Shown: positions 16,194-27,916 of the stretch, piece by piece
Layout of the letters: each line of letters starts with the position of its first letter
Position numbering within the stretch: position 1 is the stretch's first letter
Source of the DNA: Sphagnum compactum
Lineage: Eukaryota
Length of the DNA stretch: 64,000 bases
Direction: 5' to 3'
NCBI GenBank assembly: GCA_965153455.1
Contig: OZ234493.1
Span: forward strand, 19,768,213 to 19,832,212
Made by a program: the position numbers and the translations under genes
The notes under the pieces: generated by a model
Seen by the model: the letters and a program-made list of their open reading frames with translations, nothing else
Database searches by the model: none
What the model was told of the DNA's origin: nothing

Positions 16194-19100
16194 GTTTCGG
16201 CAGCAATTTTCTTCAAAAACCTCAAAGAACTTATGAGTGTTCATGAAAGAGCGGGTAAATTACCAATGGTTTTATACTCTGTTGATTTTGTTTTCCAAAT
16301 ACTCTGAGAACCATGACTATGTATCACAACTGGTTCTTTGATTTCTTTTTGAGAACCACGGTTATGAACTCTGAGAATATACGGAACACAGTTCTAAAAA
16401 GATTTTTGCAGAAATTAATATGACTGCCTACAAAACCACCATTTCGGTTCTTTGAGGTTTTAGAAGTAACCAAAACCAGTGGTTATTTCATTTTGGACTA
16501 TTTCCCCCCAAAAAAACAAACCAGAACTGGCAGTTCTGGGGGATTCTGAAATGTTAAAACATAAAGGATAATATCATTTGCCCAACAAGTTCCATTTGGC
16601 CAGATTCAGGTAATACAGATTATTTTTGCCAAACTTTTTCACCCATCAGATAAGGATATATCATTTTGCCCCAAATTTTCTATCCAATCTGGATCAAGTT
16701 TTTTTTTTTTTTTTTTTTGGTCTGAAATTTTTTGTCGTTCGTTTGACCAAAAAAATTGGGATTTTTTTTGTTATTCTAGTGTAAATTTGACTAATAGTGC
16801 AGGAAACTTCACCAAATTTTCAATACCACAAATTTGAAGAAAAAGAAAACCCGCCTTTACACTGGCACAATTCATTAAAACCCCAAATTCTTTTGGCTTA
16901 GTTCTAAACATTATAAGCATCCCATCCTCGAAGTAAATCAGAGTCTTTGAGTCCAAATTTAACATTTCCTCGATTAATTATTGACTCTTAGAGGCCTTGC
17001 TCAAGAAGATGCAGGCACCATGTACGAGGTGCTGGCTCACCCTGGCCTAAAGTAAGGATATATATCAGCACCCAAAACATTCCATCCAGTATCAAATCTT
17101 TACCTATTGCATGAGGATATATGACTCTCACCAAAATTCCATTCAGGCCCCTATCTGGGGTATAACAAAAGAATTTGTCTGAAATACTTGCCCACCACAC
17201 AGGGGATATTACATCTACTCCCTTACGAGTGGGCCCATCATCACTCCCCCCTTAAAGCACCTGGAGGGAAATCCTAAATGTATTTGGATGGCACCTTATA
17301 TTCATGAATATGCCTCCTAGAAAAGACGAGGGGGATATTACATCTACTCCCTTAAGAGTGAGAGGGATCTTACACCTACCCCTCACTCTCAAGGAGTAGG
17401 CATCTAAACCTCATCTTCCTATGCCTCATGATCTACATATGTTTAAATTCATGATATTTTTTGACTGGTGTTTTATTCTTGAAATTATTATCAGAATTTT
17501 ATGAAGACTTTGTCTAATTTCTGAAGCACTAGGAGAAATTTCCTTTACACTTCCTAGTGTATAGGAGTGCTCTTATATTCATCATTATCCCTCTTAAGAA
17601 AGGATCTTAAGCCTATTTGTAGGTGTAAAATCCAGCTCAATCTTAAGGAGTCAGCATAAGAACCCTCCTTCCCCCTCCTGCCTCACTGATTGTTGCATGT
17701 GAGGTTCAGAGCATTTCCTACGGTGCTCAGTATGTGACTCCAGACAGTAAAATTGATTGCAAAAAAGTCAAAATGTGCCAGTTTAGCTCAGGAAATTGGT
17801 TTTTCGGCACCAAATTCGTGCAGCTTGCCCTGGCTGGTAAAGGGCCCAACACAGTTGTGCACCGCCAAATACGAGTGTAATAAATCGAACTTGATTGAGG
17901 CTCAGTATTTCTAATTGGTCGATCATAATGATTGGTCCAGGTGGTTTGCGATCCCTCTTTCAGTTTTATTTGGTGGGGTTGCCAAAAGAAAAACAGCTAG
18001 ACTTAGACATTCAATTTTACTATCCAAAGTTACATACTGAGCACCATTGGAGATGTTCTCATGCCAACGTCTCGTTTAGAGTTGGAGTTTTGTCATGCAC
18101 ACAGCCCATGGGTGGGAGGTTCATGATAAGGCTCATCTCATGCTTTGTCATGGGTAAAGCCCACCCTCCGTGTGTGGGACATTCCCAAAATGTGGGCTCG
18201 GCTACCTTATTCTGGGTTCGTTACTTACTTGCCTGCCCACCCTGGGGCTGTTTTAGTTGGTGTTTCACGCCTTTTCAATGAAATTCAGGATAGTGTTTTC
18301 ATGAGTTTCCAAAGTTGAATAGGGAATAGGTACCTCATCAATTCAATTTCTTTACAAGTATAGTGGTCTCAAAGTTTGCAATGTTTGTGCCCATTTGGTA
18401 TTTTAATACCCTTTCCACAATGATTTTTTTCGGGACAGTTTATCTAATGATGTCATTTAAAACAATGTTTTGCCATTCTGTCATTTGTGCCAAAAAAACA
18501 AAAAACAAACAAAAAACAAAAAAAAAAGAAAAGGTTTTGGCCATTTGTCCCATAGTGTCCCTATGAGAGTTTGAGTTCTCTTTTTAAAGAGATAATAGAG
18601 TAGCTAAAGTGTGTTGGAATTATGTGCTTATACAGAGCAACAGAGGACACATGCCAACTGAAATGATTACTAGAAAGAAAGAAAATTGTTGATTTTTTTG
18701 TAGTGTTAGTATGAAGAGCCATTTATTAAATCACATTATTTCTTTTCATTTTGTATAACTCCCTTTTTCATTGTATTAACTTTTTTCTATAAATTGATAA
18801 CCTAAAGTATCTCCCATTAATTAGGTACCTAATAAATAGCCAATCCTACCAGCAAAAAGATAATCAATAAGTAAATCATAAGTGGGTTGAATGGGTGGGT
18901 GGGACACCACATCAATTATTTGTCTATTTTCCACCCACCCACACACCACCACCACCAAAACAACCAAGAAAGAGGCGCTTTTGTCACACCTTTTCAGCAT
19001 TTCATGATCCATCTACTTTGGCCCACCAAGCATTTGGGGATTTTTCTTTTCTTTTTTCCTTTTTTTTTTCCTTTTTTGTCTTTTTCTCTTTTCTCCCCTA

Positions 19101-19545
19101 AATGTATCCTCATTTGAGAGAAAAATTTATAAAAATCGCCTGATTTTTTAATTTGGTTTTAAGTTTTTACCCATAAAGATAGAAGGTTGATTAAAAATTT
19201 GGACTTTGTCTCTGGTTTTAGCCAGTTCGTTTAAATCTTCCTGGGGATGATCGCCATTTTTCTCTACATTTTCCTTTCAATAATCACCACTTAGGCTACA
19301 TTGAAATTTTCATTTAAAAAAACACGTTTGTCTAATATTATTCATAGCCCAATATATCAATTTACCGTTTAAAATCCCTTGTTTTTTAACGTTTGAACCT
19401 CTTTCGTGTTCACACTAGGGCTGTTGATGATGACGACGACGATTGTCGTCTACCTCGGTTCTCCCGCCGACGAGAAACGCAGTTTCGGCGACCCCCGTCC
19501 GACTGGGCGGCTTTGTTTTCGTTTGTCTCGAGCGCGTCGTTACCG

Positions 19546-19869
19546 CAGCCTTTGTTTTTTTACTGGCGGAACTTCTCGAAATAAAATTAAGAAATCGAAA
19601 ATAAAAGTGATTTTGGAGGGTTTCAATAGCCAGAAGCGAGGGAAAAAAATAGTAAACATCGCCATATTTCAGTCATTTTCTTTTCATTGCGTAACAAACG
19701 ATGTATAGGCTAAAAGGTTTTGATTAAATATTCGTACATCATATCTGGTTTATAGCCAGATTTGGCTAAATATTCACTGGGATAAGCGCCAAAAAACTTT
19801 CCATCATACTATTGATTGTCGCCATTTAGGCTATATAGAAAAAACAATCCTAGGAAACAAAAAACACTG
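19546..19869. mobile_element. MITE-like dispersed repeat inside the CpG-rich rhomboid promoter
   Basis: Bounded by CAG..TGTTTTTT and AAAAAACACTG. Internal motifs (TAGCCAG.TT, GATGATCGCCA-like) are shared with the neighbouring copy at ~19110-19326. Confidence 0.5.
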
Positions 19870-20587
19870 CTCTGACTCGTCAGACGCGCTTCGCGGCGTT
19901 CATTCTCCGGCAGATCAGGAGCGAACTCCATTATTGTTCTTGTCGTGAGATCTTCATGTGGGTGGTCTGTGTAATTTCACTGCAAAAACGATCATCATTT
20001 TCTCTCTCCTTTTTCAAAAAAAATTCTGTCGTTATGCGTTGTGTCTACAGAGCTGCAGCTCTGACTCAAGACTCCTTTTGCAGTTTTTCTTCTTTTTTTC
20101 CTGTTGCTCCTGGCGTGTTTGGTGTGTGCACTGGAGACAGACAGTGGTAGATACATACATACATACACACATACATTGGTCTCGTCAGAGTTGGTTTTAT
20201 TATTGTAGTATACTTCTAAAAGATTCTGCAACTGTTATTGTCTCACAAGCTTCACAAAGAAGAAGCTGCTTTTGTTTCTGTTACTGAAGAAGAAGAAGTT
20301 GTTCAAGGAGTTGTCGAGAGTTCAAGTCGGTATCGACGAGGCAGTGGAATTGTAGATCGGTAAGAGAATAGATACACTGCAGCAGTGGCGCTCCAGCTTT
20401 CAAGGGTCGTTTTTTGGATCGAAAATGGAGTTTTAGTTCTGCTGGGAAACTGCGCAGATCAACCACGCTTTCTATAAGTAGACCAGCTGCACACCGAGAT
20501 ACTTTTACTGCATTCTTGCGGATTTCGGAGCTCCATTAGTTGCAAGGGAGAAGAGGTTGTTGAGAAAGAGACTGAGCTCAGATCATC

Positions 20588-21616
20588 ATGCCAGTCTACG
20601 ATGTGGAGAGTCTTGATGGGTCATTCAAGGGAAGGAAGAATTCGCACGCGCAATATAAGTTCCAGCCATCGCCGCTCAACGTTCCGCAACCGCCAGCACC
20701 CGAAGAAGAGAAGCGGAGATGGATTCCGTTCCTCATACCCATCATCCTGATTGCCAATATCGTGGTATTCGTCCTTACAATGTACTACAACAACTGCCCC
20801 GCACACATCAGCACCAGTGAGCCAAAATGCGTCCTGCCATGGCTGCACAGATTCTCCTTCCAATCTTTCAGGGAGAATCCTATGCTGGGACCATCTGCCC
20901 TAACTCTCCAAAAGATGGGAGGACTAGAACGCTCTCTGGTTCTCACCCACCATCAAGCATGGCGTCTGGTGAGTTGCATCTGGTTGCATGCAGGAGTGTT
21001 CCATCTACTTGTCAACATGATTGCACTCCTCATCATCGGCATTCGTCTGGAGATGGATTTTGGAGCTCCGAGGATCGGGCTGATATACTTGCTGTCAGGG
21101 TTTGGGGGCAGTCTGTTGTCTGCTTTGTTCGTAGAGAATCAAATCTCCGTCGGCGCTTCCGGTGCGCTGTTTGGGCTGTTGGGTGCAACACTTTCCGAGC
21201 TTCTCACCAACTGGTCTCGTTATGAGAACAAGTGCGCGCCGTTGGTCACGCTCATCTTGCTTGTGTTGGTGAATCTCGCGTTTGGTGTGATGCCGCATGT
21301 CGACAATTTCGCACACATTGGTGGGTTTGTGGCAGGGTTTCTGTTAGGGTTTGTGGTTCTCATCCGTGTCCAGTATGGGTACATCAACAAAGCGGATCTG
21401 CCTTATGGAGTTGATACAGAGGTGCCCATCAAGCGGAAATACAAAGCTTACCAGATTGTTTGCTGGGTTGTCTCTCTCATTCTTCTGCTTGGTTTGTACA
21501 TAGCCGCTTGTGTGGTGCTCTTCACCGGGATTGATGCCAACAAGAAATGCTCTTGGTGCCATTACCTGAGCTGTGTTCCAACAAGCCAGTGGCAGTGCAA
21601 CAACTTACCATCATAG
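20588..21616 (+). CDS. RBL: Rhomboid-like intramembrane serine protease (plant RBL type), single coding exon
   Basis: 342-aa ORF with RFSFQSFRENPMLGPS, WRLVSCIWLHAG, catalytic GASG (Ser) and AHIGG (His), multiple TM helices and a C-terminal CSWCHYLSCVPT motif. Confidence 0.93.
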   Translation: MPVYDVESLDGSFKGRKNSHAQYKFQPSPLNVPQPPAPEEEKRRWIPFLIPIILIANIVVFVLTMYYNNCPAHISTSEPKCVLPWLHRFSFQSFRENPMLGPSALTLQKMGGLERSLVLTHHQAWRLVSCIWLHAGVFHLLVNMIALLIIGIRLEMDFGAPRIGLIYLLSGFGGSLLSALFVENQISVGASGALFGLLGATLSELLTNWSRYENKCAPLVTLILLVLVNLAFGVMPHVDNFAHIGGFVAGFLLGFVVLIRVQYGYINKADLPYGVDTEVPIKRKYKAYQIVCWVVSLILLLGLYIAACVVLFTGIDANKKCSWCHYLSCVPTSQWQCNNLPS

Positions 21617-22984
21617 AAAAAAACTACAAATCACAGCCCTTCTTCCTTTTCTTCTTCTTCTTCTTGTTCTTCTTCTCCAGAACATATCTTCTTCATATCT
21701 GAAACGTGGAAGCACACTTGCATCACAAGGGAAAAAAGCTGACCAACCACAAGTGCAACAAATGCAAGAGGAGAAACGAATGAATGAAGATACAGTGTGT
21801 GTTGTGTTTACTCTTTTCCAAGAGAGTAGAAGATTCACATCCTTTGTGAATCAGCTGCTTTGGGCAATTGGCATACAGGAGGCAAGGTTTCCATAGAACC
21901 TTCACAGTGCAAACTAGCACTTTACTTACTGATGGTTTGATTCTGCAGTCTTCTTTGGAAGAAACAGAGATTGTTTAGAGTTCTCTTTTGGTGCAGAATG
22001 TGGGCAGTTTGTGAAGGATATTGTATTTTGGTTATGTATTTTGTTATGGTTCAGGCTGGTTGAGTGTTGTTGTTGCATTGTTAGACACATTCTTTAGAGT
22101 CATGAGAGATTTGATAGATTGGAGGTTGACGTGTTGCATTGTTTAGAGTTCAGACACATTTCTTTAGATAAAAGAGATTTTTGATAGATTGCATGATGCC
22201 CTTTGACACTTTTCTTATGCTCTTTAAATACTGGCACATTTGTCAAATTGCGGAGTTCAGATTGTGTCTGCATTCTTTGGTGTCTATCCTGTCATGTGTG
22301 GGAGCAATAATAAAAGAGCTACATTTTCTTTCTTGAGAGAGACTTGGGACTCCTTGCTTTTACCGCTCCATCAGATGAGTGCTGCTTGTGTGGCCTGAGA
22401 AGCCAAACAGTTGTTCCACCCCACATTGTTTAGTGAGCTGCAACTCTCCTGTTACATCTTGAGCTCCTGGACGGAGCTGGAGATAAAGTGGGACCTTTTC
22501 TTCAATGGGTTTTTCCCACAAACTACCTTTGCTGCTGTGAAGAATGCTTTAGGACCTTGGATCCAAGGTGGGCTTTTATTACTTGTATTCTGCTCGCTCT
22601 TATCTTTTGGCAACTTCAGGAGTTCACTAGAGCATACATTTGTGCGTATGGAGAACTGATTCTGGATGCTGGCTGTGACATTCTTCAACACTAGATCTAC
22701 TGATCTGTGGTTCCACATAGCTCTTTCATCATCTTGTTTATGAGACAAGCCATTGTAATGGAAGAGAAGACTCAGAGCTCTGTAACAAAGCTTGAGACTA
22801 CAGATCCAGAATCAGGGTGAGAATTGTTATCTACCCTTCTCAAGGAGCAACATAAACACAGTTTTGCAGTATTAAGTTTGCGAGCTATGAATCTTCAAAA
22901 GATGTGTCTCTTTGTGGAATCCATTCTTCATTGCCAACTTTGTGACAGCTCTGAAAACTTGAGCAATTTATCATGAGTAGTTGT

Positions 22985-24926
22985 TTAGTTTTGTTGGTTG
23001 CTGTTAGTCTTGTTTAGCTTCATTGTCCAAACTTCTCGGCAAAAAACTGAGCTTAGCCATAGCACACCATCTCGCTCACCAGCGTAACTGAGGAACTTTG
23101 TGGTCACATGGTTTCTATCCTCCAAAGCATCAAGGGCTTCTCCTGCTGGGTTATACTTGATCACCATTGAATGGGCTGGTTGTCCAATGTAATGGACAGG
23201 AACACCACACAGAAGTTTGCATAACCACAAGTTGTTTGCAAAGAAATATTGTAGCTGAGTTCGACGACTGTGAAGTGCAACCCAGAAATCCCCCTCTTTT
23301 GTGACATGAATGTTGTCTGGGTATCCAGGAACGTCTGCAAACTCTTCCATGCTTCCTGCCTTTGGCCCTTTCAGCCAGTACTTCATGATCCTGAGCAACA
23401 ACCAAACAACAGTTAATCTTGTCATTTAAGGTACTCCATAACCATAGCTCCTCATCCCATAGATGAGACTTGAAGCTTTTCTATTGCATGAGATTTTCTA
23501 CTTTAGTTGGCCATAAAGACACCATCACCATATCATTCTGACTAAGAACAGAATATTGTTTTGGCAGCTTAATCAACAAAAAGATGAGCAACAAATGAAA
23601 GCAAGTGGTTTTTGACACCACGGGAAAAGAAGCGATGCTTTTGATGTGAGTCAGTGCACTGCAGAACAGACAGGAGAAGGAGCTGAGGATGAACCTGCTT
23701 TTAGAAGTGAGCGAGACAAGGAGGAAGGTGCTATCCTTTGCAACAGCAACACCATTCGGGTAATAGAGATCTTTTGCAAGCACTGTGGTTTGTTGTGTAG
23801 AAGGCTCATATTTGAGCAGCCTGCCTGTCCTCTCCTGTTCAAATGTCAACAGGTTGCATTGCCTGCATCAAAAAACCATACACACTCTTCAGCCTATGAT
23901 ATCATCAATCCATCAAAGAAGACAATAAGCCATCAAGGGCTTGGCATGACCATGGATCTCTTCTTCCCAGATGAAATAGGTATCTGTGGATTCAACAATC
24001 CTGAGAAACATATTTGATCTTGGCTGTGTGAGCTTCACCTTCGAGGGCGGCGGGTGCTACTATCAGTGAAGTACACAGTCCCATTCTCATCCATATCAAG
24101 GTCATTTGTGAATTTGAAGGCTACCCCATCTGCCTGAGTGCTGACAGGATGTGCAACACCTCCTTGAGGACTCATGACAAGCAGACCAAAGTAGGCATCA
24201 GCAATATAGAGGTTGCCATGAGCATCAAACTTGAGCCCCAGTGGCCTTCCACATATGTGCTCATTCTTCAGAGCCACAGGCTTCCTGTTGCAGACATCAG
24301 TCCTGTATGGAAAAACATATACAGATTCTTTGGTTGAGAAGCAACAGTGAGGAGAAAGCAGAGGATCAATATCAGAGTAAAGAAAGTAGTGTCCTGGTTG
24401 AATCCAACATAGAAAATTAGCTATTTCTTTGAAAGAAGAAGACAGCAAACACTGTAGAAGCCAAGTTAGAAATGATTCTTAAGAGGTTGCATGTGCTTAC
24501 AGCATATATACTGCATTGACAGATGCAAAAGGGGTACAACCACACTTGCCTGACAGAGGAAGTGACACCAAAAGTTTCCCAGCCTCCTTGATTCCAGAAG
24601 AGGATTCTTCCATCCGACACACCAGTGTAAGGCCCACCTCCATTGCTGTCAAATGCCAGGCTCTCTGGTCCTGAAGCATCAGTTACTGAATGCAATCTTG
24701 CATACACAAGCTTGTTAGCAGGATCAGCTGGCCATGCATCCATTTCTGCCAATGGCCTCAGATCACTGGCATTCCAACCTGACCAGTCATAGTCCATGTG
24801 AGGGCATAGCATTGCAGGATTCCATGAGAAAATCAGAACTACAACACTGATGAAGATTACTATCCAGGATCTCCAGTTGGTGAAGGAGGCTTTGTCTGAG
24901 CCTTGTGTCATGATGGCTTTCAGCAT
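22985..24926 (-). CDS. SSL: Strictosidine synthase-like (SSL/APMAP family) beta-propeller protein with N-terminal membrane anchor
   Basis: Exons 24926-24550, 24302-24039, 23862-23695, 23390-22985, all phase 2. Motifs GPESLAFD, GPYTGVSDGRI, CGRPLGL, ADAYFGL, FTNDLD, YFTDSS, GRLLKY, YPNGVA and PGYPDNI. Intron 1 has a GC donor. Confidence 0.9.
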
Positions 24927-26721
24927 GGATTCCGTGCAGCTGCTGCTATAAACAGGATCAGTACAAGCTCATCGCAGTTGAAACCCCAAATGGAACACAA
25001 AGGAAAAATACAAAACTCTGGAGGAAATGTGTACTCTCTGGAGTCTGGAGGGAGTGTGTCCTCTCTGGAAGAAGTGTCTGCCCTCCACCTACACACATAC
25101 CAGCACATAAGGTGCCTGGATTACATAGGTGACCAGTAACTTTTGGTGCCATCTGCATGTGTTTCCTGCATGACTTGCATAACAAGGTTTAAGACAGATT
25201 CCCTTTGGTTCAAAAAGGATTAACTTAAGGGAAGAGTAAGCTAACAGCAATTCCAACACTGTTTGGAGAATCACTCTGCTTCAGCATTGCACATATTGTT
25301 TCAGTATTTATCAACATGCTTCACTGGCCTGGGTTAGCATTGGCAAGGTCTGGAGGTAGTAATTGGTTACAGGTGTTAGTGAACCCAGCCTGTATGAGCA
25401 CCATGGGGGTGACAGGATATGGTAGCAATCTAGTAGCACAATGAGGTACTTGACCAGATTTCTCATGCAAAATTATGTCAAATAGTGTGTTTCCTTGTTA
25501 AGAATGAGGTGCTGGTGAGCAAAAACAACCCGACAGCATTCCACAACAGCAACCAATTTGTGTATACCTAAACCTATTTTGTGTAGAATTGGAGGGTGCG
25601 AAGAAGGATGCAAGTGCCAGAGCCAGCAGGAGAGTGTTGGGGATGTGTTGTAGCTGCTGCAATTGTGTTGGGATCCTGCACTTTGGCTCATCAGTGTGAG
25701 TGCATTGCCAATCACATATTGAGCACCATGTCGCAGCAAAGTAATCAGGTCATTACCACCATCTGTGAGCTCATGATCAATGCCTCAGAGAAGTTGAGTG
25801 GGTTGACGGGTGGAGAGCTGCGGAGCTGCATTGGCACAAGGAGCTGAAGACTAGTTTTGTCTCCCTAGAGCACTCTTGAGGTACATACCTAACCCACTTC
25901 CATTGATGAACAAGATGAAGGTCCCATTTCCACAAAGCGACAACTCTTGTACAAATGGACTTGCTTCTTCTCCCCCACAAGACTCAAGATATAAGGTTGC
26001 TGCAGAGGAAGAGAAACGCAATTGAAGAGTTGCATCCCAGTTAAAGGAAATTCTGGAATCCAAACTGAGCTTTGGAGACTCAAACAGTGAGAAGCTCGCT
26101 TGCTGATGTACTGAAATTCATTCAGCACACACTTGCATGTCAAGGAGTTCTGAACCTTGTAAGAGCGACAATTATGTCAATGGCATCCCAGCAGGTTTTG
26201 CAGTGCTGATGATGATCAATTCAAGGTTCAATCTTGTACCATAGTCTACATGTGATATGTCTGTCCATGATTCTTCTTTCCACACAAAACCATGGGGTTG
26301 CAGATTTCTCTGGGAATAGACAAAGAAAGAAAAGAGGTTGTATAATAACCCTTACAACTGATGCAAAGCATCGTGACAAATGATGCATCATGGTCAATAA
26401 ATTTCTTGCTCAGTTCAACAAGCTCCTGGAATCAAAGAAGCTGCAGATGCTCCAAACATGTTGCAGTGATCCAAACATGTTGCTGGACAAAAATGCTACA
26501 AAGTACAAAAAGATGCACATCTTGCATCTCCCCAGACTGATGATACAGGACCATCACCAATCTTCCCTCTTCACTCGCAAAGAGATTCTCAAAGATTTTC
26601 AAGCTTCAGCCTGTTGTAATCAAGTGCAGGTCATTCATTGCTGAGCCTTCATTTTGTCACGATGATAAGGCTTCAATTCCTTAGCCAGATTGTTCGCCAT
26701 TGCCAACTTCTTGACTGGTGA

Positions 26722-27588
26722 TCACTGTATTTTGCGCCGCTGCTCTACTGGTTTCTCCGCAGCTAGCCTGTAGATCCAGTAAACCTGCCCCCCCCTCAAA
26801 TTTGCTTAGGAAAAAGAGATAAGGAAGAAGAAGCTCTTGCTGCTGTCTCTCTCTCATCCACTGTCCAAAGCTTTGATCAAACACACAAAAGTTTAAACAA
26901 AGCTCCTGCAAGATTTGAAACCCTGAAACAATCTGCAAATCTTTTGCAAAACAGTTTCTTGACTGCAAGTCCCACTGTCACCAAGAGGAGAGAAGAATTG
27001 CTGAGAACGCCAGTTGCAACGATCTGAACAGAAACTGAAGCAGCTGGAAAAGAATTCACGGGACTCCAAGGAAGGGAAAACAAAACCAAATACGAGAAGC
27101 TGCTGCCACAAACATCCTTTCAAGTTCCAAAAACATTCTGATTCCTTTTGAATCCTCTGCAATTCTCTTGAATCGCACAAGCAATCACCAGAATAGCAGA
27201 CTCTGAAAGAGAACCTTATTAGTTTCGACGAGACCTTACGGAAAAACCTCGCCCGATACCGCGACAAAAAACAAGAGAAGATTTTGTCCGAAACTCTGAC
27301 AAACAGCAGGAGAAGATTTGTCGAGAACTCTCTTCTTCTTCTTCTTCTTCACTCGCTTACAGAGATCGGCGAAGTAGTTGCGTAAAGACTCCAAATTCTA
27401 CGAGCGAGAGAGAGAGAGAAGAGGCGGCCATAAGCAACAGGAGCAAAAGACACAAAACTTACGAAAGCAAGCAGGTGAGCCACCACGAGACCTGACACCA
27501 GCAACGGCAACCATGGCAACACCCCGTTGATGTCGCCACCGCCGCCTCCTTCTCCTCTTCCAACTCCACTCCCTTGCTGCTGCGGCAT
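26722..27588 (-). CDS. 62-aa single-pass membrane microprotein (two exons)
   Basis: Exon 1 27588-27463 (MPQQQGSGVGRGEGGGGGDINGVLPWLPLLVSGLVVAHLLAF), GTAAGT donor, CAG acceptor, exon 2 26784-26722 (VYWIYRLAAEKPVEQRRKIQ*), phase 0. It resembles a small plant family with an H.LA.VYWIYRLA signature (recalled, not searched). Confidence 0.8.
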
Positions 27589-27916
27589 CGCTTCTTCTTC
27601 TGCTGCCTTGAGCCTTACTGCAACAAATGATCCAACGCTTAACTCCGACGCCGTAAGTCGTCCTGTCTCTCTCTCTCTCGCGTCCCCTCTACGACCCGCA
27701 CACCGACAACAAGAAGTTTCGCGAAGGTTCTCCAGAATCACCCGGTTTTGAACATAGGCAGATATAACACTCTCTTCTACATCTCTTCTACATCTCTTCA
27801 CTCTTCATACACTCGAGAAATTGTCATAAAAAAAATCCTCAACTCTAAACCCTACAAAACATGTAAAGAGGACGACAGTTTCTGTTAGGATTGAAATTTT
27901 GAGGAAAAAAAGTCTA

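Larger units (their letters stand above)
11750..16211 (-). mobile_element. Non-LTR retrotransposon (LINE), RTE-X-like, near full length, degenerate
   Basis: On the minus strand: ORF1, then APE endonuclease (WNIHG, LTETH, GDFNAR, VDY, SDH), RT (QAGFR, G.KQGCPLSP.LF, YADD), C-terminal RFRCSNHRLEVECGRH and a CCHC finger, then a (GAAA)n tail at ~11750-11772. Contains several frameshifts and stops. Confidence 0.9.
11625..16560. repeat. AT-rich dispersed repeat rich in AAAGAAC/GAACC motifs, split by the LINE (pieces ~11625-11749 and ~16212-16560)
   Basis: Both LINE flanks carry similar TCAAAGAAC / GAGAACCA..GTTAT motifs. Related sequence occurs at 34650-34960 and 49230-49480. Confidence 0.55.

Noticed and set aside
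11739-16231. 10-bp TCAAAGAACT as a firm LINE target-site duplication
   Set aside because: The host repeat contains this motif recurrently and the right copy is offset from the apparent 5' end, so it is not accepted as a TSD.
27349-27801. 150-aa unspliced ORF from the track
   Set aside because: It runs past a strong GTAAGT donor at 27462; the spliced 62-aa model fits better.
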